DNA of 33,651 bases, from the NCBI GenBank assembly GCA_043803505.1, contig JAZDJX010000035.1:1-33651 (forward strand), given 5' to 3'. The stretch is from Candidatus Aenigmatarchaeota archaeon (lineage in GTDB: Archaea > Aenigmatarchaeota > Aenigmatarchaeia > GW2011-AR5). Below the pieces are notes generated by a model. That model did not search any database, was not told the DNA's origin, and worked only from the letters and a program-made list of their open reading frames with translations. Below are positions 23,431-30,288 of this stretch, one piece after another. The position numbers were made by a program, and so were the translations under genes. The stretch's first letter is position 1. Every line of letters starts with the position of its first letter.

Positions 23431-23868
23431 ATGGTGATTTTTGTGCCTGCACAGGATGAAAAATTTCAGATAATACTTCAGGAACTGGTGCGCAGGACAA
23501 ACGACGGCGTAAGAAGGCTAAGGGGCATTGAGCAGCGCGTTCAGGCAGTAGAGTCAAGACTCAATTCACTTGAGGAATCAGGACTTGCGCGCATAAAAAA
23601 AATAAATGAAAAATTTACAGAGAGCGATATACAGACGAGGAACATAAATGACGAGATGATGAAAATAAAAAACAGCCTTGAAAAAATAACAAGGCAGCTT
23701 TCAACTGTTGCATACAAAAAAGACATAAAGGAGATAGAGAACATGTTTGATCTTCTAAGTCCTGTAAAACAGGAATTTGTAACAAGGGATGAGTTGAAAG
23801 AGTTGGAAGAAGGCCGTTACGAATACAGGCCCGAGAGAAAACAGGAGAAGAAGCCAGAAATGGCATGA
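23431..23868 (+). CDS. Coiled-coil protein, hypothetical (first gene of the ATPase operon)
   Basis: 145 aa, helical and charged throughout (RLRGIEQRVQAVESRLNSLEE). Its stop at 23866-68 is immediately followed by the next ORF. Confidence 0.6.
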   Translation: MVIFVPAQDEKFQIILQELVRRTNDGVRRLRGIEQRVQAVESRLNSLEESGLARIKKINEKFTESDIQTRNINDEMMKIKNSLEKITRQLSTVAYKKDIKEIENMFDLLSPVKQEFVTRDELKELEEGRYEYRPERKQEKKPEMA

Positions 23869-23911
23869 TGTGGTCTTATCAAAACATTTATTTTTAGTCC
23901 TGGTGTACCGC

Positions 23912-24397
23912 ATGGTTTATGAATATGAATATGATGATGAGACACAAACAATAAAGATAAATGCAATGCACTCAATCTACGAATCCAGTATTGAAGACTA
24001 TGATGTTGTCATGGCAACAGCAATCGACAAGCTGCTTGAGGTGAAAAGGCCTGCAAGGATATTATTTTCGGGCTCAAGGGAAGTTGAATATGACTTTGTT
24101 GAATCAAGGCTTCTTCTCGAGATTGCGCTTGCGCTTGAAAAGATAATGAATGAAAAAATTGTCTCGTTAAAAAATGTTTCAATAGAAGGATGTGAACGTG
24201 ACATAAGGCCAAGATTTGTATTCATGCAAAGGGTTGTAAGCGATATCCGCTATGACCCGATAAAGGCCTATAGGAAATTGCTGCGCGAGATAAGGCATAC
24301 GACAGCCGATGAACAAAAAGAAACAGACGAGTGGCATAAAAAATGTTATGTGCACTATAAGGAAAACACACTGCTGCCAGTAAAAAAAAATACTTGA
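23912..24397 (+). CDS. Either the detached N-terminal part of the secretion ATPase or a separate small protein; it stops 5 codons after an A9 tract
   Basis: ATG 23912 (the track uses GTG 23870) gives MVYEYEYDDETQTIKINAM... The frame ends ...LLPVKKNT* just after the A9 run at 24382-24390. The ATPase frame opens inside that same run. Confidence 0.55.
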   Translation: MVYEYEYDDETQTIKINAMHSIYESSIEDYDVVMATAIDKLLEVKRPARILFSGSREVEYDFVESRLLLEIALALEKIMNEKIVSLKNVSIEGCERDIRPRFVFMQRVVSDIRYDPIKAYRKLLREIRHTTADEQKETDEWHKKCYVHYKENTLLPVKKNT

Positions 24398-24497
24398 AAA
24401 TTGTGAGCTCATACAGATAGCAAAGCCGAATCTTTCCCAGCACAGGAATCGTGAGCTTTACAGGAAAATCTTCCATCCAAGCGTAAGGCCGAACTTC

Positions 24498-26141
24498 ATG
24501 TACACAAGGTTCATGTCAATACCTCCTGAAAATGCAGAGCTGCTTGACAGGTATAAGATTGCTGATGCGACAGTGGAAATATTCCAGATTCCAGGGAAAA
24601 CAAGAAAACTCTATCATATTGTGCCACAGGAATTTCGTCTGGGTGACGATGAATACGTACTTCTCGACACAGCAAGAAGGTACCTTGGAAAACATGAACC
24701 GAGGCAGGCAGAGCTTTTAGAACCAGAAAGGATGCGCGATAATCTTTACAGGATTGGACTGGACATGCTGCGCGACATAGCAAAATCAGATGAAATAGAC
24801 TTGTCTGAGCGCAGGCTTCAGGAACTAGGTAACATACTGACGCGTTATACAGCCGGCCTCGGCACACTTGAATTGCTGCTTCAGGATGATAATATACAGG
24901 ATATCACAATAAATTCTCCTGTAGGTTTTGCTCCAATATATATCTATCATGGCACGCACAGCGAATGCGAAACAAATCTTATACCGACAAAGGAGGATGC
25001 GGAAAGCTGGGCAACAAGATTCAGGCTGCTGAGCGGAAGACCACTAGACGAGGCAAACCCAGTGCTTGATACTGAGCTTAATGTTCCTGGTGGTCGAGCT
25101 AGAGTAGCAGCAATAACACGGACGCTCTCGCCGGACGGTCTTGGATTTGCACTGAGAAGACACAGAGATAAGCCATGGACATTTCCGCTGTTTATAAGAA
25201 CAGGTATGTTCGACAGTTTTTCTGCAGGCTTGCTTTGGTTTATACTGGACGGCGCAAGGACAATTCTTATTGCAGGAACAAGGAGTTCTGGTAAGACATC
25301 ATTTCTCGGCTCATTGATGGTACAGATAATGCCGCATATCAGGATTGTCACTGTTGAAGACACGCTTGAGCTACCTGTAGAGGCTCTGCGAAAGCTTGGA
25401 TATAATATTGAGCGTCTCAAGTCGCGCAGCGTGATAACAAGGGTTGAAACAGAACTTCCTGCTGAAGAAGCTCTTAGAACAGCACTCCGCCTTGGAGATT
25501 CTGCATTGATTGTGGGCGAAGTCAGAAGCAAAGAGGCTTTAGCTCTCTATGAGGCAATGAGAATCGGCGCGCTTGCAAATGTGGTTGCAGGAACAATACA
25601 CGGAGAGAGTGCATATGGTGTATTCGACAGGGTTGTGAATGATCTCGGCGTGCCTGCAACATCATTCAAAGCAACGGATATTGTGCTCATAGCAAACATG
25701 TTGCGCTCTCCTGATGGACTGCATTCATTCAGGCGTGTTGTCGAGCTAACAGAAGTGAGAAAACACTGGAAATCTGACCCCGCAGAGGAAGGAGGATTCG
25801 TTAATCTTCTTGAATACTCTGCAAAAGATGACATTCTCAAGCCATCAAAGACATTACTCACAGGCGAAAGTACAGTCCTTAATGACATCGCCTCGCGTGT
25901 GCGCGACTGGAAAGGCTCGTGGGATGCTGTATGGGATAACGTAAATCTTCGTGCAAAAATACTTCAGACAGTTACCGATTCCGGGAAGGCGAAGCCGGAT
26001 TTGCTTGAGGCTACAAGCGTCATTGCATCAAATTCAATGTTTCATCTCATAAGCGACGATGTGAAAAAAGAGGTCGGCAGTCTTGACAGCAAGATGATTT
26101 ATGAGCGATGGAATGATTGGTACAAGAAGGCTTTTCTTTGA
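24498..26141 (+). CDS. Type II/IV secretion-family ATPase (archaeal FlaI/PilB/TadA/VirB11-like)
   Basis: Walker A is LIAGTRSSGKTSFLGSL. Walker B/Asp box is SALIVGEVRSKEA. His box is VAGTIHGESAYG. The first ATG is at 24498, but the frame is open and coding-like from 24384 (KKILENCELIQIAKPNLSQHRNRELYRKIFHPSVRPNF-M). Confidence 0.9.
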   Translation: MYTRFMSIPPENAELLDRYKIADATVEIFQIPGKTRKLYHIVPQEFRLGDDEYVLLDTARRYLGKHEPRQAELLEPERMRDNLYRIGLDMLRDIAKSDEIDLSERRLQELGNILTRYTAGLGTLELLLQDDNIQDITINSPVGFAPIYIYHGTHSECETNLIPTKEDAESWATRFRLLSGRPLDEANPVLDTELNVPGGRARVAAITRTLSPDGLGFALRRHRDKPWTFPLFIRTGMFDSFSAGLLWFILDGARTILIAGTRSSGKTSFLGSLMVQIMPHIRIVTVEDTLELPVEALRKLGYNIERLKSRSVITRVETELPAEEALRTALRLGDSALIVGEVRSKEALALYEAMRIGALANVVAGTIHGESAYGVFDRVVNDLGVPATSFKATDIVLIANMLRSPDGLHSFRRVVELTEVRKHWKSDPAEEGGFVNLLEYSAKDDILKPSKTLLTGESTVLNDIASRVRDWKGSWDAVWDNVNLRAKILQTVTDSGKAKPDLLEATSVIASNSMFHLISDDVKKEVGSLDSKMIYERWNDWYKKAFL

Positions 26142-26268
26142 AAAAGAAAACCCTGGAAAAGAAAGTTTTAACGAAATGATGGGCTTTTCTTTAGTGAGAA
26201 CTTTGAAAAGAAAATAATAAATGGAAAGTGGGCTTTTCTTTGAGAAAAAAAACTCTTGAAAAGAAAAA
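26129..26268. terminator. Three tandem ~50-bp copies of a T/A-rich inverted repeat in a convergent gap (candidate bidirectional terminator)
   Basis: The units GGGCTTTTCTTT-N(10-16)-CT(T/G)GAAAAGAAA occur at 26129-26165, 26181-26214 and 26230-26268. The first overlaps the last ATPase codons. The third nearly reaches the stop codon of the prenyl synthase. Confidence 0.5.
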
Positions 26269-26269
26269 T

Positions 26270-27274
26270 TTATTTCCTTCTCTTCATCACATAATCTGCA
26301 AAGAAATCAAGCACTTCCTTAAGTTCGGGCGGCAAATTCTTTATGGCATCTTTTGCCTTTTCTACCAATTCTTCTGCCTTTTTACGCGCATAATCAATAG
26401 AGCCATATTTTTCGAAAAGTTCTTTTGCATAATCCACTTCATTTTCTGCTGTTTTATCGGCAGGTTTTGACAGTATCTGCAGCAATCTTTTCCTCTCGTC
26501 ATTATTGCATCTTGAGAGACAATGAACAACCATTATGCTTCTTTTACCTTCCTTGATGTCCCTGCCTATTTCATTCCTGCCCTTGCCTTCTGTCATGTCA
26601 AGAATGTCATCTGCAATCTGGAATGCAGGTCCTGCGTTCATGCCGAATTTAATTATGCTGTCAATAATCTTGCTGTCAGCACCTGCTATTATCGCGCCTC
26701 CTACAATTGGTATTGTGAAATAATATGCAGTTTTTCCGGTAATCGTTTTCATGTAGTCATCTTCTGTCGGATTGTTGTTTGTTCTCATGTTTATATCCAT
26801 AGTTTGTCCTTCTGCTGTTTTGGATATAGTTATTGTCAAAGCCTCAATAAGTCTGAAGACAGTTTCATTATCAGCGCCATTATCCTTGCAGCGAAGAACA
26901 AGCTCAAAAACTTTATGTGCCATGTAGTCTCCAACATTTATTCCATGTGCAAGACCATATTTTGACCAGACTGTTGGCTGGTTTCGTCTGACTACATCTC
27001 CGTCTTCTATGTCATCATGAATAAGAAGCCAGTTGTGAAGTATTTCGCATGCAGCTGCAAATGGCAATACTTTTTTTATTTCTCCATCAAGTGCCTTGCA
27101 TGTCAGGATAGCCAATATAGGTCTTATCCTTTTTCCGCCAGTGCCGAGATGATACCATATGGCATCATTAAGGTTTTTTATGCCATCTTTAGGGAAAACA
27201 CTTTCTATCTCCTTGTCAATAAGATGCGAATTTTCCGAAATAATTTTTTCTATATCCATAAAATCACTATACAT
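26270..27274 (-). CDS. trans-Prenyl diphosphate synthase (GGPP/short-chain type)
   Basis: First Asp-rich motif LLIHDDIEDGD and second Asp-rich motif FQIADDILD. Length and spacing are typical of archaeal polyprenyl synthetases. Confidence 0.9.
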   Translation of the reverse strand: MYSDFMDIEKIISENSHLIDKEIESVFPKDGIKNLNDAIWYHLGTGGKRIRPILAILTCKALDGEIKKVLPFAAACEILHNWLLIHDDIEDGDVVRRNQPTVWSKYGLAHGINVGDYMAHKVFELVLRCKDNGADNETVFRLIEALTITISKTAEGQTMDINMRTNNNPTEDDYMKTITGKTAYYFTIPIVGGAIIAGADSKIIDSIIKFGMNAGPAFQIADDILDMTEGKGRNEIGRDIKEGKRSIMVVHCLSRCNNDERKRLLQILSKPADKTAENEVDYAKELFEKYGSIDYARKKAEELVEKAKDAIKNLPPELKEVLDFFADYVMKRRK

Positions 27275-27325
27275 AGATAGTTTTAAAACATCTTTTTATC
27301 TATGTCGTATGCAAATAGATATTAT

Positions 27326-27613
27326 ATGAAAAACATGAAAAAAATCGATGTCAGGCATGTAGCGAAGATCGCAAGACTTGATCTCACTGATGAAGAGGCA
27401 AAAAAATTCCAGAAAAATCTTGATGAAATACTTGCTGCGTTTTCTGAGCTTGATAAAGCTGATGTTAAAGGTGTTGAACCTGCATTGCAGCCAATCCCTA
27501 CAAAGAACGTATTGCGCAGCGACACACCTGAGCAGTCACTGACGCAGGAAGAAGCACTGAAAAATACAAAGCACAAAAAAGACGGCTTCTTTAAAGGTCC
27601 GCGGGCTGTTTGA
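27326..27613 (+). CDS. gatC: Asp/Glu-tRNA amidotransferase subunit C
   Basis: MKNMKKIDVRHVAKIARLDLTDEEAKKFQKNLDEILAAFSELDKADVKGVEP is the GatC signature. The start is ambiguous (27302, 27326 or 27335). Confidence 0.85.
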   Translation: MKNMKKIDVRHVAKIARLDLTDEEAKKFQKNLDEILAAFSELDKADVKGVEPALQPIPTKNVLRSDTPEQSLTQEEALKNTKHKKDGFFKGPRAV

Positions 27614-27620
27614 CAAATTA

Positions 27621-27628
27621 TTTATATA
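27621..27628 (+). promoter_or_regulatory. Candidate TATA box (TTTATATA) upstream of the 27731 pilin gene and its mini-ORF leader
   Basis: Consensus-like TTTATATA begins 8 nt after the gatC stop, about 58 nt before the mini-ORF ATG (27679) and 110 nt before ATG 27731. Confidence 0.4.
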
Positions 27629-27730
27629 CCCCGAAGGCATAGTGTTGATTGTAATAAACAAATGAGGTTTCAAAAATAATGGGCAAAGCCATCTTTTCGA
27701 AACCAATGTAAATTATATGAGGTTTCAAAA

Positions 27731-28141
27731 ATGAAAGGTATTTCACCGCTTATTGCATCTGCCTTGCTTATCGTCATCACGATAGTTATAGCAGGTCTGA
27801 TAGCAAACTGGGCAACAACGCTTTCAAAAGGACAACTCGAGGAAGCCAACAAACAGACAGAATGCGCAAAAGGAACCATCGATATAATAAGTCTAGGTTA
27901 CACAGATGCTGTTAATAACAAGAATGTTACTGTAAGCTTGAGAAATATAGGCAAGACAGCTCTTACAGGAATAAGGGCAACATTGATTTACGACAATGAA
28001 ACATACGACAAAGAAATAATTGCATCTCTGAATTCGCTTGAAGCAAAAACCGAGAGAATAGATTCTGAAAGAAAGCCATTGAAGATCGAGATTATTTCTT
28101 TAACATGTCCTCAAAGCCCTGTTTCACGTACATTCCCGTAA
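27731..28141 (+). CDS. Archaeal type IV pilin (Pilin_N / DUF1628-type N-terminus)
   Basis: MKG|ISPLIASALLIVITIVIAGLIANWATT closely matches the archaeal pilin/flagellin N-terminal consensus (G-[IV]-SPVIA..LLI.IT...A). An Ig-like C-terminal part follows. Confidence 0.85.
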   Translation: MKGISPLIASALLIVITIVIAGLIANWATTLSKGQLEEANKQTECAKGTIDIISLGYTDAVNNKNVTVSLRNIGKTALTGIRATLIYDNETYDKEIIASLNSLEAKTERIDSERKPLKIEIISLTCPQSPVSRTFP

Positions 28142-28864
28142 GTGATTTCTATGATTTTTGAAAGCAATATCATTTTATTTAGCCTCTTGGCTGCTTTGGC
28201 AACCATACTTGGTGGCATTTTGCCATTGCTGACGAAGAAGGCCGATTCAAGACTGTTTGCTGCACTTGCTGCAGGAATTCTTATTTCAACTGCGTTTCTT
28301 GAAATCATACCAGAAGGTCTAAGTCTCGGCAATACTGCATTTGGCATTGCCATGGGATTTGTTTTGATGTACCTTCTCGAGCATGCGCTTATGATACATT
28401 CCAGCGCTGAACATGGCTGCAAGATACACAGGATAGGAATGGTGGGTATATGTGGCATAACATTTCACAGCTTGATAGATGGCATAGCTATTGCAGGCGG
28501 TTTTCTCGTTTCTCCTGTTCTTGGCATAGTGATTACAGTCAGCGTGATTGCGCATGAATTCCCTGAAGGGCTGGCAACAAGCTCACTGCTCCTTGCATCA
28601 AAGTACAGTAAAAAAGCAACTGTTATCGGATTTGTGATCGTTGCGCTCGCAACACCGATAGCAGCAATTGTAACAATGTCATATTCCCAATTCATAACAA
28701 GCTATGTTCTCGGGCTTGCACTTACATTTTCAGCAGGAACATTCATTTATATCGGAGCCACTGACCTGCTACCGTATGTGCATACGCAGAGAAGAAAGAA
28801 ATTCATGCTCGCATTTCTTGCTGGCTTCCTGGCAATAGTTCTACTTTCTGTTTATTTGGGATGA
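28142..28864 (+). CDS. ZIP-family divalent metal transporter (ZupT-like)
   Basis: About 8 TM helices. Contains the HEFPEGLATS motif and HSLIDGIAIA. Start is GTG 28142, directly after the pilin stop, or ATG 28151. Confidence 0.85.
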   Translation: MISMIFESNIILFSLLAALATILGGILPLLTKKADSRLFAALAAGILISTAFLEIIPEGLSLGNTAFGIAMGFVLMYLLEHALMIHSSAEHGCKIHRIGMVGICGITFHSLIDGIAIAGGFLVSPVLGIVITVSVIAHEFPEGLATSSLLLASKYSKKATVIGFVIVALATPIAAIVTMSYSQFITSYVLGLALTFSAGTFIYIGATDLLPYVHTQRRKKFMLAFLAGFLAIVLLSVYLG

Positions 28865-28920
28865 TGCTGTATAAGATGTTTGAACCAGCATTAGAAGCCG
28901 CTAGTTACTAATACTAGAAA

Positions 28921-29385
28921 TTATTCAACTCCAAGCTGTTTGTTCAGGGGCGGATTTGAAAAATATGCTCTTACACCGAATTGAGGATCTACAAGTTCAA
29001 TCATCTCAAAGTTTTTACGAACTATTAAGCTAAACCCTTTTTGTGATAAATATTTCCTCTTGAATTCAGGATAATTTGTAACTGTAAAATCAGCATCACC
29101 CAACTCTGGTCTTGTTGCATCTGGTTTTCGGATTTTCAATAACCGAAGCTTTCCTGAAACAGTATCTAACGATTGAATATGAAACAGCGGACCTTTAGTA
29201 GTTTCTTCAATTACTTTACCAATCTTTTGCGTAACTACCACCAAATTATTGTATTGTTCATTATTTTGACAAAAAATACAAGCGTAATTAACAAGCGCTT
29301 TTTCTTCAGAAGTGTATTTATTCTTCAGGGTGTCTGCTTTCTTTACAATTTCCTGCACAAATTGTTTCAAGTTCTTAACATCCAT
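28921..29385 (-). CDS. Hypothetical soluble protein (154 aa)
   Basis: ATG-initiated ORF with coding-like composition and no family recognised. Confidence 0.55.
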   Translation of the reverse strand: MDVKNLKQFVQEIVKKADTLKNKYTSEEKALVNYACIFCQNNEQYNNLVVVTQKIGKVIEETTKGPLFHIQSLDTVSGKLRLLKIRKPDATRPELGDADFTVTNYPEFKRKYLSQKGFSLIVRKNFEMIELVDPQFGVRAYFSNPPLNKQLGVE

Positions 29386-29422
29386 AATACAGCCTTATTT
29401 TTACCACTTGTTTACCAGATAA

Positions 29423-29586
29423 TGCGGGAGGCAGGATTCGAACCTGCGAAGGCACTAAGCCACTAGGTTTCTTAAAATGTTTCTGAGCATGGCCCTTAGG
29501 AACTTACCTAAGCCTAGCCCCTTTGACCGCTTGGGTTTAGGGGTCACTTATCATCTCAAATTATATGATGCAGTGACTACCCCCGC
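29423..29586 (-). tRNA. tRNA-Leu(UAG), type II, with two predicted introns (~41 nt near the D arm, ~38 nt at 37/38)
   Basis: The reverse strand reads GCGGGGG-TA-G[TCACTGC...CCCTAAA]CCCAAGCGGTCAAAGGGG-CTAGG-CTTAGG[TAAGTTCCTAAGGGCC...TTTAAGAA]A-CCTAG-TGGCTTAGTGCCTTC-GCAGG-TTCGAAT-CCTGC-CTCCCGC-A. The acceptor stem has 7 bp (one G-U), with a T arm, a long variable arm and the D-loop GG. No CCA is encoded. Confidence 0.75.
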
Positions 29587-29621
29587 CCGAGACCCGCAAT
29601 AAACAAATACAATGTACAGAA

Positions 29622-29629
29622 TTTATAAA
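29622..29629. promoter_or_regulatory. Palindromic TATA box (TTTATAAA) between the divergent tRNA genes
   Basis: It is the only consensus-like TATA element in the 73-nt gap. It lies 31 nt before tRNA-Glu and 36 nt before tRNA-Leu on the other strand. Confidence 0.4.
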
Positions 29630-29659
29630 CCTTCAGCAAATAGATTATACAAGAAATAT

Positions 29660-29763
29660 GCTCCTGTAGTCTAGCCCGGTTAAGATAAGTGCAAAACACT
29701 TCTTTGTTGTTAGGATGCGGCCCTCTCGAGGCCGAGACCTGGGTTCGAATCCCAGCAGGAGCA
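29660..29763 (+). tRNA. tRNA-Glu(CUC) with a ~30-nt non-canonical intron at the 3' side of the D arm
   Basis: GCTCCTG-TA-GTCT-AGCCCGGTTA-AGAT[AAGTGCAAAACACTTCTTTGTTGTTAGGAT]G-CGGCC-CTCTCGA-GGCCG-AGAC-CTGGG-TTCGAAT-CCCAG-CAGGAGC-A. The splice point is ambiguous because TTAAGAT and TTAGGAT are near-duplicates. Confidence 0.8.
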
Positions 29764-29797
29764 TTTCTTTTCTTAAAAATCTCAGTAGAAGAAATAA

Positions 29798-29998
29798 TCA
29801 TGCAGCTTTTTCTGCAGGTGGCAATCTGCTTTTGTATGGTGTTACATAAATGCAATTGCATTGCATTAAAATACCATCCAAATAAGTGAACGAGTCGTCG
29901 CCACGTATTCTCATATATTCAGGTGAGCCGATTTGTGGGCACTTATCAGGCTTCATATAGTCGTCTCCACGCCTGCGCTGCTGATTGTTGCCTTTCAT
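29798..29998 (-). CDS. Possible small protein (66 aa), weak
   Basis: An internal ATG of the 108-aa track ORF gives MKGNNQQRRRGDDYMKPDKCPQIGSPEYMRIRG... No homology recognised. It competes with the plus-strand ORF only upstream of this ATG. Confidence 0.25.
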   Translation of the reverse strand: MKGNNQQRRRGDDYMKPDKCPQIGSPEYMRIRGDDSFTYLDGILMQCNCIYVTPYKSRLPPAEKAA

Positions 29999-30056
29999 TA
30001 TTATCGTTTCTTTTTGGATTGCAAACAATAAAAAGATTTTTGTGCTTACTGGTGTC

Positions 30057-30272
30057 ATGAAAAACATGTCAATAACCCACAAGGGATATGAAAAATTAGA
30101 TAACTTGGTTGGAAGAAATGCCACACTTTACAGAGAGAACACAATTGACGGGAAAATACAGCCAGAACACTATTTTGGTGAACTCAAAAAAATCGGAAAA
30201 AAATATGTTCTTTTAAATACCCGTTTAGAACAGAAAATTGAAATCATGCCAAATGATACAATAATGTGCTAA
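30057..30272 (+). CDS. Possible small protein (71 aa), weak
   Basis: An internal ATG of the 95-aa track ORF gives MKNMSITHKGYEKLDNLVGRNATLYRENTIDGKIQPEHYFGELKKIGKKYVLL... Composition is plausible for a soluble protein, but no family is recognised. Confidence 0.3.
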   Translation: MKNMSITHKGYEKLDNLVGRNATLYRENTIDGKIQPEHYFGELKKIGKKYVLLNTRLEQKIEIMPNDTIMC

Positions 30273-30288
30273 AGATTGCAACCTAAGA

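Noticed and set aside
23390-23460. Possible C/D-box sRNA (ATGATGA at 23394, ATGGTGA at 23431)
   Set aside because: No CTGA D or D' boxes occur at the required ~12-nt guide spacing. The second box is simply the start of the 145-aa ORF.
22641-23868. The two coiled-coil proteins flanking the ATPase operon start as archaellum accessory proteins (FlaC/D/E-like) or ESCRT-like proteins
   Set aside because: Only generic coiled-coil character is visible by eye, with no diagnostic motif. They are left as hypothetical proteins pending profile searches.
24947-25531. 194-aa minus-strand ORF, plus a 113-aa one at 25547..25888
   Set aside because: Both lie fully inside the ATPase gene, whose Walker motifs are unambiguous. 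Their Ser/Leu/Arg-rich translations are classic shadow ORFs.
26129-26268. CRISPR-like array
   Set aside because: There are only three imperfect units with irregular 49-53 nt spacing and no unique spacers of defined length. The units are T/A-rich inverted repeats in a convergent gap, which is better explained as terminators.
26228-26470. 80-aa plus-strand ORF
   Set aside because: It starts in the tandem terminator-like repeats and runs antisense into the prenyl synthase gene. The translation is low-complexity and Phe/Lys-rich.
29577-29889. Track ORFs of 94 aa (minus) and 66 aa (plus)
   Set aside because: They overlap the two tRNA genes and the promoter spacer between them. The tRNA structures explain the sequence better.
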